Source of the DNA: Lama glama
Lineage: Eukaryota
Direction: 5' to 3'
NCBI GenBank assembly: GCA_028534125.1
Contig: CM052817.1
Span: 76,758,001 to 76,821,780 of the forward strand
Length of the DNA: 63,780 nt
Each line of letters opens with the position of its first letter. The first letter of the stretch is position 1. Below, piece by piece: positions 39,610 to 51,955 of this stretch. The notes below the pieces were generated by a model. It saw only the letters and a program-made list of their open reading frames with translations. It was not told where the DNA came from and made no database searches. The position numbers and the translations under genes were made by a program.

Positions 39610-40222
39610 AACAGGATCTGGATTTATAAGTCCAACAATCTAACTGTTATTGACAGAGTAAAAGTAGGACCATTTTCATCAGCAATTTTTGATACTAACA
39701 AAGTATAAGTAATTAATGTGCACCAGGTACTCAAATCCCAAACTTCAAGCAAAGATGTTTTGTTAATGAGTTTTATTGGAAGGATAATATAGAAAAGGGA
39801 AAACATCTAATTAAGAGAAAAACAGAAATCTGGAACTTACAGACAGTGACTGCAAAACTCAGGTCTAATATTACTCTATTAACTTTGGGATGACAAGTTC
39901 TGTCCAATCCCAGTACAGATAGGTAAACAAAGGTGAATGCCTGGAGGTACAGTTGACTATTATAATCATGTAATTATCAATTTAGAACCAACACAGGAAA
40001 GAGAAATAGCCTATAGAGTAGGTTTGTCCTCAAGACTTAAAACACTTAGAACCATCTACAATAAACACTGGGTGTTTCTGTACCTTGTAATGAGTGCCTT
40101 GTAATAAGACTTTGTCACTAGATAATGGCCCACAATATTTTACTATGAACTTGGTGGATATTTAGACCTAGACTGCAGTTTGCCCAGAGTAAGGCAGAAA
40201 CAATAATGGAGATACTTAACAA
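39610..40222 (+). mobile_element. Possible highly degraded LTR-element pol fragment (RNase H to integrase)
   Basis: Colinear motif remnants: RIWIY (39613), VDY (39952) and SLDNGPQYF (DNG at 40121). Frames broken. Confidence 0.35.
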
Positions 40223-40230
40223 ATTATATC

Positions 40231-40478
40231 GGGGAAAGAGAGTGGGAAGGGATAAATTTGGGAGTTTGAGATTTACAAATGTTAGCCACTATATATAAAA
40301 ATAGATTTTTAAAAAGTTACTGCTGTATAGCACAGAGGACTATGTTCAACATCTTGTAATAACCTTTAATGAAAAAGAATATGAAAACGAATATATGTAT
40401 GTGTACATGCATGACTGGGACATTGTGCTGTGCACCAGAAATTGACACATTGTAATTGACTGTATTTCAGTTAAAAAT
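40231..40478 (+). mobile_element. Camelid-type L1 3' UTR fragment
   Basis: 'ggggaaagagagtgggaagggataaatttgggagtttgagattt...ccagaaattgacacattgtaattgactgtatttcagttaaaaa'. Homologous to 10485-10776. Confidence 0.9.
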
Positions 40479-40575
40479 ATATACATAATGTTGTTTTTTT
40501 ATAGTAATACAGGGAGGAGGTTTTAAGAACAAATATAAGCATCTTTAAAAATTAAATAAGAGACTTAATTACTTC

Positions 40576-41222
40576 TGTTGAAAATAAGGGAAGATACACG
40601 CCCCTCTCCCCTTTACTTAGAGTATTTACTTAGGAAAATTGTCATTTCCTTCTCTGTCTTTTTGAAATGTATGCAAATCTCTTTAAAAGCTAAATAAGCC
40701 TCTTGGGAGCTTTAAGATCCTGGAATGAGTTTCTCAAAGGACCTGGGAATCATCTCTGGAATGTAAACATCAAGGGAGAGAGAGCCCCCGCCTCCCAGTT
40801 TCTGTGCCTGTAGGAGCCTAACTAAGTGGGCACCTTTCTCCAAGCTTGTCATAAAGATATGAGACATTTATTTTTTCCTTAGCTAACACAGATGATCACC
40901 CCGATTACCAGGTGAATCTAGGATGAACTATGTGTGACAAATGGTGCTGTCAAGTCCTCTTACTTGAAAACTAGTTACTGCTTATCTTATACGTATGCAA
41001 TATATATAGGTATGCACTACATATGCAATAGTGTGTATCTGCTTGACTATGTGAAAGGGTGAAGTCTTCCTGCCTCTAATCTCTTAGCAGATTGCCTGTG
41101 ATGCACATCGCAGTCTGGTTAAATGATTATTCAATAAAAAATTGCTTTCTTTCTCTTCTACCTTTGTGGAGAGTTTGTCTGGGTTGGGAAGAAATTTTGT
41201 TTTTAATTACAGTTCCTCGACA
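40576..41222 (+). mobile_element. ERV1 solo LTR (MER39-like)
   Basis: TGTTGA...TCGACA termini and AATAAA at about 41133. End 'ctacctttgtggagag...ctgggttgggaagaaattttgtttttaatta' is typical of MER39/MER34-group LTRs. Confidence 0.78.
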
Positions 41223-41473
41223 GGGGGTCATGGTTAATTCTGTTTTCTGCATCTGGATACCAGTCTCACAATATTTATTTCAGATTTTCCTGAATTTCCA
41301 GTTAGCTAAAGCAAGCATTTCTATTTAAATTCACTCTCTTAGAGAGAGGGAGAAAAGATGGAATAGAAATCCAAGGGGACAAAAGCAAAATGTTTGACAT
41401 TTCTGCTCCTTTGATAGCAACCAGATGATACTCAAGCTTGCGCCACACCTACCTGACACTCATCTGACATGCG

Positions 41474-41562
41474 TTTTTTTTTTTTAATGGAGGTACTGGA
41501 GACTGAGCCCAGGACCTCTTGCACGCTAAGCCTGAATTCTACCACTAAGCTATACCCTCCTC
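41474..41562 (-). mobile_element. Short tRNA-derived SINE (Vic-1-like head plus poly-A) with TSD
   Basis: Minus strand reads 'ggagggtatagcttagtggtagaattc...gaggtcctgggctcagtctccagtacctccatt(A)12'. Degenerate TSD TCTGAC(A/G)TGC(G/C)TTTT at 41463-41477 and 41563-41577. Confidence 0.88.
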
Positions 41563-41731
41563 TCTGACGTGCCTTTTAAAATATTCTCCCCCATCATGCT
41601 ATTACTATTTACACCAAATATTTAACAACCATTTAAATCCCCTTAATTTTTTCCTCAAGTGTCAATACAATGAAGGAACCTACACAATCCATTTAAGAAC
41701 AAAGCTACATAAAACATCCCTAGTAAGTTAC

Positions 41732-41789
41732 CTGGCATCTGGAATCGACTGCTGCTTTGCCTCGAATTCATTTGGTGTGTAGATTCTAG
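41732..41789 (-). other. Candidate 58-nt internal exon
   Basis: Good donor 'CAG|gtaact' but a weak acceptor 'gctgctaattcag|CTAGAA'. Two frames are open (ARIYTPNEFEAKQQSIPDA and LESTHQMNSRQSSSRFQMP). Retains two CpGs. Confidence 0.3.
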
Positions 41790-42315
41790 CTGAATTAGCA
41801 GCTTTTATAAGTGAATGAGCAGACAATAGGCTAACAGGCTTTCCACACACATGTGCACACACAAAGCCAGCAAAGCCCAAGTATTCTGTGCAATGAAGAG
41901 GCTTTTTAATAATTGAAAGCAACAAACTAAATTATCCACATTAATCTAATATAGTATTTGTTATTGGCTTGTCCATCCATTTAAATATGCAAGAACTACA
42001 CTTGCCCAATGCTCTGCTTCTGAGATCACTGGCGTATCAGCCCAGTTCAATTAAACAGTTGCTATCAGCTGCAACTTTAATAAACAGATTTGGTTTCCTC
42101 AGTACACAGTGACCACTTACTGACATCACAAAAACTATCTCGTAAACCACAGACATCTGCAACTGGGATCAATAGTGAATCTAAATCCTAGCTTTGAATT
42201 GGGCCCCAGGAAATGGCTCTTGGCTTGGGATTTATATCAGTAGCCCCTCACAATAGGAAACAATAAATGTGAATAAAACGTAATCACGCCTAAATATTAG
42301 GAGCTGTAATTCTAC

Positions 42316-42359
42316 CTGCACAGGAAGAGCTTGCCACTGAGCTGAGGACACCAGTCTGT
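42316..42359 (-). other. Candidate 44-nt internal exon
   Basis: Acceptor 'ctgattttctgttcccag|ACAGAC' and donor 'CAG|gtagaa'. No stop in any frame. Confidence 0.3.
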
Positions 42360-43370
42360 CTGGGAACAGAAAATCAGTAACCTCAGGGGAAGTTAGAACC
42401 AACAGAACCTGGTGCCTCCTCTGAAAGAGAGTCTGGGCTGGAACATGTGTCAGCTCGGTGTCAGCTTTTTGTTTTACTAAATTGTACATTATTCCTCTCC
42501 TTTCACAGGCCAAAGGAAATGAGATATGGAGTTGTCAGACAGCTGAGATTTAGCCATTCATTAAACAAGAAGTATTACATCAAATCAGTGATTTTGCTCA
42601 CCTGCAATGACCTCAGCCTGAGCCATCACCAAGGCGGGTACCATCCACCCCCGTCCTGTACTGCTTATCATGAGGCCAGGTTGTGTAACTATGACTAATG
42701 ACTCCTGCACTCAGGAGTGTGCATGTGTGTATGCATGTGTGTGAGTGTTTTCATTCCCTATGTTTAAAAGTTCACTTCCAAACAAAATTCCCAAGAAAAT
42801 TGTCCCATATTCCAGCAAGGGGAAAATATCTATTGAAAAACACTAGAAAGCAGAAAATTGTCTCCAGCAGAGAAACAATTCATCGTGCTTTTTGTTCATG
42901 ATTCATTCACAATCATTTGTATTTCCAGGAATAAATGGGTGAATACCATCCACTGAGAAAAAGCAATAAAAGGCATTGGCAAAGCTACCTGACATATAAT
43001 CCTTGAAATGGGCAAGAATGAACGACAATTAAAATATACTTTGCAAAATTAAAATATTATTTACTAAATATTCCCAATTATGATTGCTTCTAATATATCT
43101 CAGGAAATAATGATTGAATTTTTATTTATATTTAAACATGAACAATTTAGCTTACAAATGAATCTTGACTTTGGCACATAAAATCTAATGTTCTATTGAG
43201 ACAGATAATCAAATTAATTTAGTGATTTTTCTCCCTTACTAATTTCTGTCATAGGAGTCATCCTTGACTCACCATTGGCATGAGTAAGACATAGGATTTC
43301 TAGTGACTTTTTCATATGTTCAAGAACTGCAGACCAAGAATCAAAGATCATTTTGGTCAACAAATTTGCT

Positions 43371-43605
43371 ATTTTTTAATAGACTTTATTTTTCAGAGTG
43401 GTTTTAGTTTACAGCAAGGTGAGAGATTTCACATAAACCTCTCCCCACATGAGGATAGCCTCCTCCGTTATCTACATCCTACACCAGAGGGATACATTTG
43501 TTGCAACTGATGGACCTATTTTAACACATGTTATCACCCAGAGTCCACTGTTTTCATTGCCATTCATTCTTAGTGTTGCACATGCTATGCATTAAGACAA
43601 ATTTA
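43371..43605 (-). mobile_element. L1MC-type 3' UTR fragment
   Basis: Reverse-complement homologue of 6470-6710 and 24915-25085 ('aatagactttatttttcagag...tatcacccagagtccac'). Confidence 0.85.
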
Positions 43606-44837
43606 ACTTTCATGCTTTTTAAAGAGGGAAGGTGGGATCATAATGAAAATGTTACTGCCGTGGCCTTTTCAGTGGCCTCCCTCTGACGCTTCCCTAACAT
43701 AGCTCCATCAGCAATTCATTTGGGGGCCACAAAACCGGTATGCATAGAACTATGCGGGGTCTCGCCTGGGAGACAAGAACACCAATGACTCTTTCCTCTG
43801 ATGTGGAGGTGCGTGTACATTCAGTGCAGAGGTGGGGAATTATGTTTTATGAGATTTCTTCCATCCAATATTTATGGCAAATAGGTTATATGCAAAGATC
43901 CTCATGGTCATCTGTGAATGGGACACAGAGATAAAGCAAACAATCTTCGTAATACAATGTGATAAGTGGTTTGACAGACAGAAGCATAGGGATAATAAAG
44001 CAGTCCTTTCCTCCCAGCATCCACAGGACTCCTATAGTCACTACCCTCTACCCTAGACTCTGCTTCAGTCCAAACAAGTGCTTGGAATGCACCAAACTTA
44101 CTTCTCTTCGGTGCTACAATCTCACCATGACCTTAAGAATATGATTTCGTAAAAGGCTGTGTCCACATTTCTGCCCAAAAGTCACTGTCTGCATGTAAAT
44201 GTAGGCACAACATACCCACCACACAAATATCGTCAGAAATCTAATTCCAAAAATGCCATCTTGATGTTGCATGTTTACTTTCATTAAGACTTTCCATTTC
44301 AGTTTTTTTTCAACCTCAACTCAGGACTAATTCAAGCTGTGATAGCCTAGGTTCTTACATCAGCAACATCTGTCACCAAAAATAAATATTCTGCAATCAA
44401 AACTTAACTGGCCTAGCAATTTTCTTGGTGATGCATGAGGCAGAACAGAATTCAGCTTCATTCTTCCTCTGCTAAATTGGCTTTGCAGCACTGAAAATAG
44501 GAAAGATTTATGTGTTAGTAAATTAAGCAGAGGTGGCTCAGAGAAAACAAAGGATACAAATCCATGCAAGCCCACGGTGTTCTTTAATATTCAGTCTTGC
44601 TCCCGTCTAATGTCATATATTTTAACAAGTTGAAAAACATAGAGAAGGGACAATGCTTCTGGTTAAAATGAAATTTGAATTTCAGATGTAAACTCTTTTA
44701 ACAGCTGAACAATGTGATTTGTAGTCTTATTAAATCAAGAAAAACCTGAATTCTCTAATTCAACATTGGTAAACAGTAGTAATTATAAAATCCCTAGCAT
44801 ATTTTCCACTCCTTAAATAAATTATGCTTACTGCTCC

Positions 44838-44972
44838 TGTTACAGCATTTCAGTTTACAAAGCAATTTCGTACATATTACTTCATTTAATCTTTAAAACA
44901 ACACTTTTTAGACTAGTTCAAAAATTATCATTCTGATTAAACAAATGGAGAAACTGTAGCCTAGAAGTTAAA
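44838..44972 (-). mobile_element. MIR fragment
   Basis: 'cagtttacaaagcaatttcgtacatattacttcatttaatcttt...acaaatggagaaactgtagcctagaagttaa'. Confidence 0.7.
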
Positions 44973-45055
44973 TCCAATATAACAAACCTAAGAATTACAC
45001 TGAGAGAGGCTGAAGAAAAATTAACTAATTTTTCCTTCTTATGCTTGACACCATA

Positions 45056-45260
45056 CAGTCAATTCTCATTATTCATGGTAATAATGTTTTATAAAAGTGC
45101 CACGAACATGGAATTTGTGAATACAGAACTTCCACTCTTAGGGGAAATACAGGATTAGGTTCCTGTGAGTCTCTAGCCACAAAATTTTCATCAAGCAATC
45201 AATACACAATCTTGTTTTATATGTGTTTCTGTTTAAAAACACCTTACTTTATATATATGT
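45056..45260 (+). mobile_element. TcMar-Tigger non-autonomous DNA transposon end (MER82-like), truncated
   Basis: TA followed by 'cagtcaattctcattattcatggta...ggggaaatacaggattaggttcctgtgagtctct'. Only one terminus is visible. Confidence 0.7.
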
Positions 45261-45524
45261 CTTCAGTGCTTCTCTTGACATGTGCCTGTTTTATATTAAG
45301 GAAAACCTGGTGATAAAAGATGTGCAAATGGGTGTGGGGAAATGGAAGTGTTTGGATTTGGGTTTACCCAACTGCACTCTGACTAAAGTGTTTAAGAACA
45401 TAGTCTAAAGGAAGTGATTATGTATTAGTCTCAGTTCTCCAAAGAAACAGAACCAATAGGAGAGTAAATATATATATATATATATATATACTTTTGTTCT
45501 CATCAGGCCTTCAATGGATTGGAT

Positions 45525-46015
45525 TGAGACAGGAGGGGAGGCGGCAGGGCACAACCATTGAAGGAATGACACAGAAATTGAGGAGAGAACAAATTGGTTC
45601 TTACCAAGATAGTGGAAGATTCGACTTCCAGTGGACCTTGAGCCTCATGGCACACCCACAGGCACCATGACAGCTCCTGAGCTGACCCAAAAAAGGTAAG
45701 AAAGTGGGCAGGGGCCCAATTCTTGGAAACCCCACCCCTTCCCCAATATAGTTGGAATAATCCTCCTACTCATTAGCATATGAAATTATCAAGCCCATAA
45801 AAACTAACAACCCCCATGGTTGCTCTGTCTATGGAATGTGTATCTAATTCTACTTCAACTTCAAACTAAACATCCCCACACCTCACAGCCACACTCCCTC
45901 TGTGTGGGACAGACCACACTCTACGTGTATCTCTCTAAATAAACTTGCCTTCACATCACTCTACCTCGCACTTGAATTCTTTCCTGTGAAGACAAGAACT
46001 CAACCTCCAGCACCA
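45525..46015 (+). mobile_element. ERV1 solo LTR, MER41-like
   Basis: TGAGACAGG...CA termini, 491 bp, perfect 4-bp TSD GGAT (45521-45524 and 46016-46019). MER41-like motifs 'acacccacaggcaccatgacag', 'gaataatcctcc...ttagcata' and 'aataaacttgccttcac...cttgaattctttcctgtg...caagaac'. Confidence 0.82.
45720..45728. promoter_or_regulatory. GAS (STAT) motif TTCTTGGAA in the MER41-like LTR
   Basis: Exact TTC-N3-GAA match. Function untested. Confidence 0.5.
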
Positions 46016-49000
46016 GGATGAGGCCTAGCCCTATAGGGGAGGGCAATCTGCTTTCCTCAATCTACTGATTCACGTGTTAATCTCATTCTGAATCATCCTC
46101 ACAGACATACCCAGAGTAATGTTTCCTCAAGTATCTGGGCACCCTGTGGCCCAGTCAAGTTGACACATGAAATTAACCATTACAGATTATATTCTCATTT
46201 TTTAAAAGATGGAAGTATATATAAAAACAAGTCTACAGAGAATAGTAAATAGGAAATAATGAAGCAGGAAGGAAGAATGGGCTCGACATACAACTTCCGA
46301 GATTAACCAGAGGAGAACTGTTAGCTTGAATTGGTGTATATCCTCAGAATGTCAGAAATATCCATTGGCAATATACTACATAATCATATTCCACTTTCAG
46401 TGGTCTTCTTAACAGAGTAATTAAATAACTTAGAGTAATTAAATGGCTTACAAGTAGAGCAATTAATGGAAAATACTTTGTAAATCTAATCTATTCAAGG
46501 TCCCAAAACTGAATCACAGATAAGTTTAGTGCATTATTAGCAGGTTATCCTAAACAACAGAATATCCAAAAAAGCGGAATAACTTTATCTCTAAGAGAAA
46601 GATTTGATCTTTTTTCATTCATGTGATCACCTTCTTTAAAAAAAAATAAAAGTTACATATTTACATCTCTGTTAATTAAGCAAAATTTAAACCAGTAGCA
46701 TCTAATTTTCCAAGAGGGTGAGGAGCAGTGTGGAGATGCCCCAGTGATCATGAAGGCTTGAGTCATCAGTCCCTGACTTCTGTGTCTTCTGCTGAACCAG
46801 GGATATGCTTTTGAGACTGAGATGATCTTGTTCTTCTCTACTTTGCAAAGACCCTGACGGTCACATCATTTGGCATTTGGCATTTGCTAAGCGGTTTTTG
46901 AACCAAAATAAATTAAGAGGTGAAAACCATAAGAAAAGTCTAACTTATTGTGCCATTAAAGCAATTTCTACTTTAGGAACAATGGCGACCTAGCAAGTGA
47001 CCATGCTTTAGAAGTCACACTTCCTAGCAATCTGAAAAGACAAATTATAAGGAACAAAGGAGAAGCCTGTCACTTTTAGTGTAACTGATGTTTGAGAAGA
47101 TAGAATTAACACTATCCATGAAGAGTGAGAATCTCAAAGGTGAGAAATTTTCTTTACCACCCATGTCTCCAAGGACCCACAAGGAAGCTACAGATAAGTG
47201 AAATATCTGAGCAACACCTATTATGTCAAGAAAACAAAGAAATCAGCCAGGAAGTCAGCTGTGATAAAATCACAAGAGATGCAGCCTAAATAGATATTTA
47301 ACTGCAGAAATCAAATATGGTTCATATGGGAAGGTGCTGTAATGGTCAAAATTCAACCAATAAGCCTTGGGATAATCAAGAAACAAGTCACTGTGACCAC
47401 TGTTGTTATGACTGGTTAAGATTTGACATGTCTTGTTTAAATACCTTTAATCCATGTATTTATAAAAGTATCCCTATCTTAAGACTGCAATTTTCATAAT
47501 AAATATTAACTATTAAAAAATTGGTGAGATGGTTTGTATTTTAGTATGTTAATATTTAGACGAGAAATATAAATTAAACAGCAAAGATTTAACTATCCTT
47601 TTTAGGAGTCTCAAAAGTAAAATTAAACAGGTTTTCTATTTAAACACATACATGAGATCACACAGGATACAAGAGTATACAGCTGAGTAGTGACAGATTT
47701 TAAACAAATATTCTCATTCCGGTACAAGTAAAAAAAAGATAAACAGATCAATGTTGGACCCTCATGATTTTTCTTTAGGAAAACATCCATGTTACTATTT
47801 CCTTTTATGGAAAATATAATAAGTGCTAATCCTTTCAGGAATCTAGAAAATTCTTTTCTATTACCAAAAATTATAAAGTTTCTGTATGAACACTCAAAGA
47901 CTTTTTCAAAATTTTTGTTTTGGAACATCAAGGAAGCTAGGTTCTTAAGATTTTCTTAGGAATAATGGTGGAGAGCATTACAAATAGAAAAATCACTGGA
48001 ATTACAATTTAGAGTTTAGAACTGAAATGAAGATTCATTTTTTGAAAGCGAATATGAAAGTAAATTAGTAACAGACTGAAAAGCAAAGACTTTAAAAACA
48101 AATAATAATATTTAGATGAAATTTGTTTAAATGGCAAAGTGAAAATATATAAAGTAAACAAGATGAAATCTAAGTACACAGGTACCCAGGATAAATCATT
48201 CATTACTGAAAACTTGACTGTCAACTACTAGGGCATGCTGCAGATTATAGAGGTAGGTAGACTTCACATATTGGTAGAAATACTATAATGGCACAAGAGA
48301 AGAGAAGGGCTATCCTTTAGCTTTAAAAGAGCAAAAACAAATTACACCAGAGATTCCCACGGTCAGTGGCAATTACTGCAAGAATGTTTAAAGACGCGAT
48401 CATTCCCTCAGAGTGCTTTCTGTTGCAAAATAAAGAGCATCCACTTTTTCAGTAAACATCTTGAAATTTTACCCAATCTTCTCATGCTCTCCTTAGCTCT
48501 TTTTAAATATCATCTTCTCCTAAAAACAAGCAAACAACCTAAAAAGACTGTTCCTTTCTTACATGATTCTATCATCCATTTAAAATGGACTGTCTAGTTC
48601 CAGCATCTTAATGCAGCTGCAGTCTGATGCACTTCAATAATCAGGGACAGTGTCAGGAGTTGGAAAGTCATTTTGTTTAACTGACCTTGCATCCAACATA
48701 CTTGATAAGGCAATCATGCAACATTATACTAATTAATAGTCAAGAATCTTTTGCTCCTGAGAATACACAACATGATACAGCAACCATGAATCTAAAAACT
48801 CTTTAAAAGATATTTTAGGTAGAATTTTTGGAGCATCTTCAAAAATTAAAAGGTGTTCTTATAGACATTCCCACTGCTTTACTGAATAATCTAGAGAATA
48901 TCTTTCATAAATGAAAGGGGAACATTACTGATGAGCTATTACATGATTATCTTACAAAATTTATTTACATAAAAGTATGCTTATGCAAAAGAGTTGGGTG

Positions 49001-51747
49001 ACAGCATTTAGATACTTAAGGAATCTCTCTTAAGTTGCCGAGTTCTGAAATACCAAGAAGAGCCACAGAATTTTAAACCACAAATTGTAAACTTATAATC
49101 CCTATTTGCATATGTTAAAAAAAATCACAGAAGAAAAGTCAACTGTAAGTTACTAGAGGAAAATATACACACACAGTAATATAATGGCCAGGAAAAAAAT
49201 CAGCAGAACTTGTTAAATTAAAAACACGTTAACTTCTTATTTGACCCATACTTAAATAAAATCTATAAAACATGGAACACAGGGTCTGGAACATAGAAGA
49301 TATGTAATCTCTTCCTTAGCATCTCCTCCCTCCTTCTCACTTCCTTTTACACTCTCTCCCTCTGCTCCTGTTTCCTATGTGTTTATGTGCGTTTAACATC
49401 TTTTCCAAAATTAGTACCATGCTCACCTCTCCAAAGCCTTCCCTTGCTCTCCAAGCCCCTATGTCTTAGTCAGTGCCTCACGCATTTATGTGATATGTAC
49501 CAGATTGTGCAGTTGGTAGCAATGTAGTCCTTTCATGTGTTTGTATCTTAACTCCAAATGAGCTTGTCATTCCTTTAAAGCTAGAAACTATAGATGTATT
49601 GCCTTCTCTAATGTCTATTTTTAAGTTGTTTATGCACACATAAAGACACATATGCCCACACACAATGCTTAATCAATGGATAGCGTTCTCTTTATTCTAA
49701 CTCTATAACAAAGAGACAGGACTGATGGATCAAAGAGAAGTGATAGATTTGATCTTTATTTTTATTAGTAAACTTTATGATTCTATTACACATAATACAC
49801 ATCAACAAACTGGGGAAGTTACCCCCTGGAAATCAAACAAGAGGAAATGGGTTTGAATTATAGCAAAGAAAATTTTTGTCTTCCTTTGCCTAAGAGTAAA
49901 GTTATTCTTATGTGATCTTAAAAAACTGTATCAGGCATCATGAACCTGGTGACTTCTTTCATTACTGTGGTCAGTTTGATATTTTACAGCAATCAGAATT
50001 AATATGAACTAAAAACTTAATGCAAAAATATTCATATACTTTTACCAATATCTTGAATGGAGACATCAATATTCTGATGGAGAATCTTTCCTTTGTAGAT
50101 TTTTATTGGTACTAGATTCTCAAATGACTGATTTCTAAGTCTGAAAAAGTAAATAACCTTACAAGTTCTATCACAATTTTAAGATTCTATGAAATTTTGT
50201 TTTTAGGCACATAATTTGATATCCATCTCAAAATCAAGCAGAATGAGGAACACGAATATGAAGTAATTTTCCACATATGCAAAAACACAGGGGTGGATCA
50301 AGAAACGTCTTTAAATGTGTTAAAATTTGTTTTTGAAATGCATCTTGTTTTCAAACAAAATGTCAGTATGTGATTATAAAGTTCTAAATGCAATGTTTTA
50401 ATCAAGTGCAGAAATAAATCATGAAGGACTTTAGGGAAAAATGTTATTTCATCCAATGCAATAAGAAAATAAACAAGTCTTAGCAGAGAAAACAAATGCT
50501 GCAAGCTTGAGGTAGAAACCAAATCTCAATGTATCCAAAGAAAATAAGCAAAATTAACATTTCCCCTCTGCCGTCCCTCTTGACAGATGGTCCTTTACAC
50601 TCATGCATAGAAAATCACTTCAAGATTCAGGAAGAATTATATTAGTCTCTAGATGAACTGTCATACATCCATTAATATAGCAATTATAATGATATTAAAA
50701 CAAGGAATTATGAACATAAAAACTTATAATCATATATTAAAATATTAATAAATGTATAACTTTATTTATACATATCTGTATTCTTTTAACAGTTTAACAT
50801 ACAAATAAGAGAACAATTAAAATAAAAAGTTATGTTAGAATGACATGCCTGTAGCTTGAATTTTATTTAAATTTCCTAAAAGATTATGCTTAATAATAAT
50901 TAAACATTATGAGTTGTCTATAATTAAAGATTTTATTTAATAATTTTCTAGAAGTGTGTCCTTTTTCAAGTCTGAATTTAACAGAACATTCTTTTTCTTT
51001 TCAGAAAATTAAGTCTGTACCATCTTGAGATTTTTGAGATATCTTCTGTTCCATGATTTCCAAAAGATTACAGCTTTTTAATCACACCAAAGCTGCCTTT
51101 AATCCCTAATCCAGTAAACTTCTCTTAGGTTCTTGCTTATAGATTTCCCTGCAACCTTGGATGATGTTGTTGAACACACCAGTCCAATAAAAAAAAAAAA
51201 AAAACTATCTTCCCTAGGAATCTGTCTTCTCCCTTCGTTCTTTACACAATTATACTTTTCTCCTTACTGAGACCCTTAAACCCAAACCTGCCCCATAAAT
51301 GGAAGTGGTCTTCACTGATTTGCCTTCCTCCCTCAGTCATTTTTATTTAGGTAGCTCTATAGCTTGACCTACAACATAAGGACTTAACTAATTTGCATTT
51401 CCAATCACAATCTCACTTTGAGGTTCCAATGCAGAAATTTTAATTTTCTGCCAGATTGCTCTATTTTATTATTACCAGCAGTCTGAAGTAATGTTGTCAG
51501 AATCCAATTTTTTTACATTTTCCTGAAAACAATTTTTATTAAAACAAAAACATATTTCTATGAGTCAAACTATCACTCCACGTGTTCAACAAGTATGAAA
51601 TGTGAGAGCTATTATCTTTTCCATCTCTCTCCTTTATGCCCAAAATCCAGTTGGTCAAATGTTACAGTCTTTACATTGTCCCCATCCTGGCTATTTCCAC
51701 CTCCACAGTTACAGTAAAGACCTTGTCAGCTCTCTATACCATGCTCT

Positions 51748-51955
51748 ACAGCAGTCTTCAAAATGGCCTAAGGATGCTCAAAGGGGTAACATGGCAATAC
51801 AATCAAGCATTTGTACTTACTTCCATTTTTGTTAATATTTTATAATATCTAGAAGATATTAATATATATGTAATTTATAAACAAACATATATGGTAATGT
51901 GTGCTCCAATTTTCTAATGATAGGAATGAACAATTTTAAATGTTTAGATGCTTCT
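51748..51955. mobile_element. hAT-Charlie-type fragment (MER113-like) within degraded L2 sequence
   Basis: 'cagcagtcttcaaaatg...taatttataaacaaacatatatggtaatgtgtgctccaattttctaatgatagg...aatgtttaga'. Confidence 0.45.

Larger units (their letters stand above)
45421..46184 (-). mobile_element. MLT2 (ERVL) solo LTR, internally deleted and split by a younger LTR
   Basis: Starts 'tgtattagtctcagttctccaaagaaacagaaccaatagga' and ends 'cccagtcaagttgacacatgaaattaaccattaca'. Perfect 5-bp TSD GATTA at 45416-45420 and 46185-46189. Confidence 0.92.

Noticed and set aside
9125..42359. Assignment to known genes with many alternative C-terminal exons (e.g. PDE1A, PTGER3, HTR4)
   Set aside because: None of the C-terminal peptides I recall for these genes occurs in the candidate exons, so no gene symbol is given.
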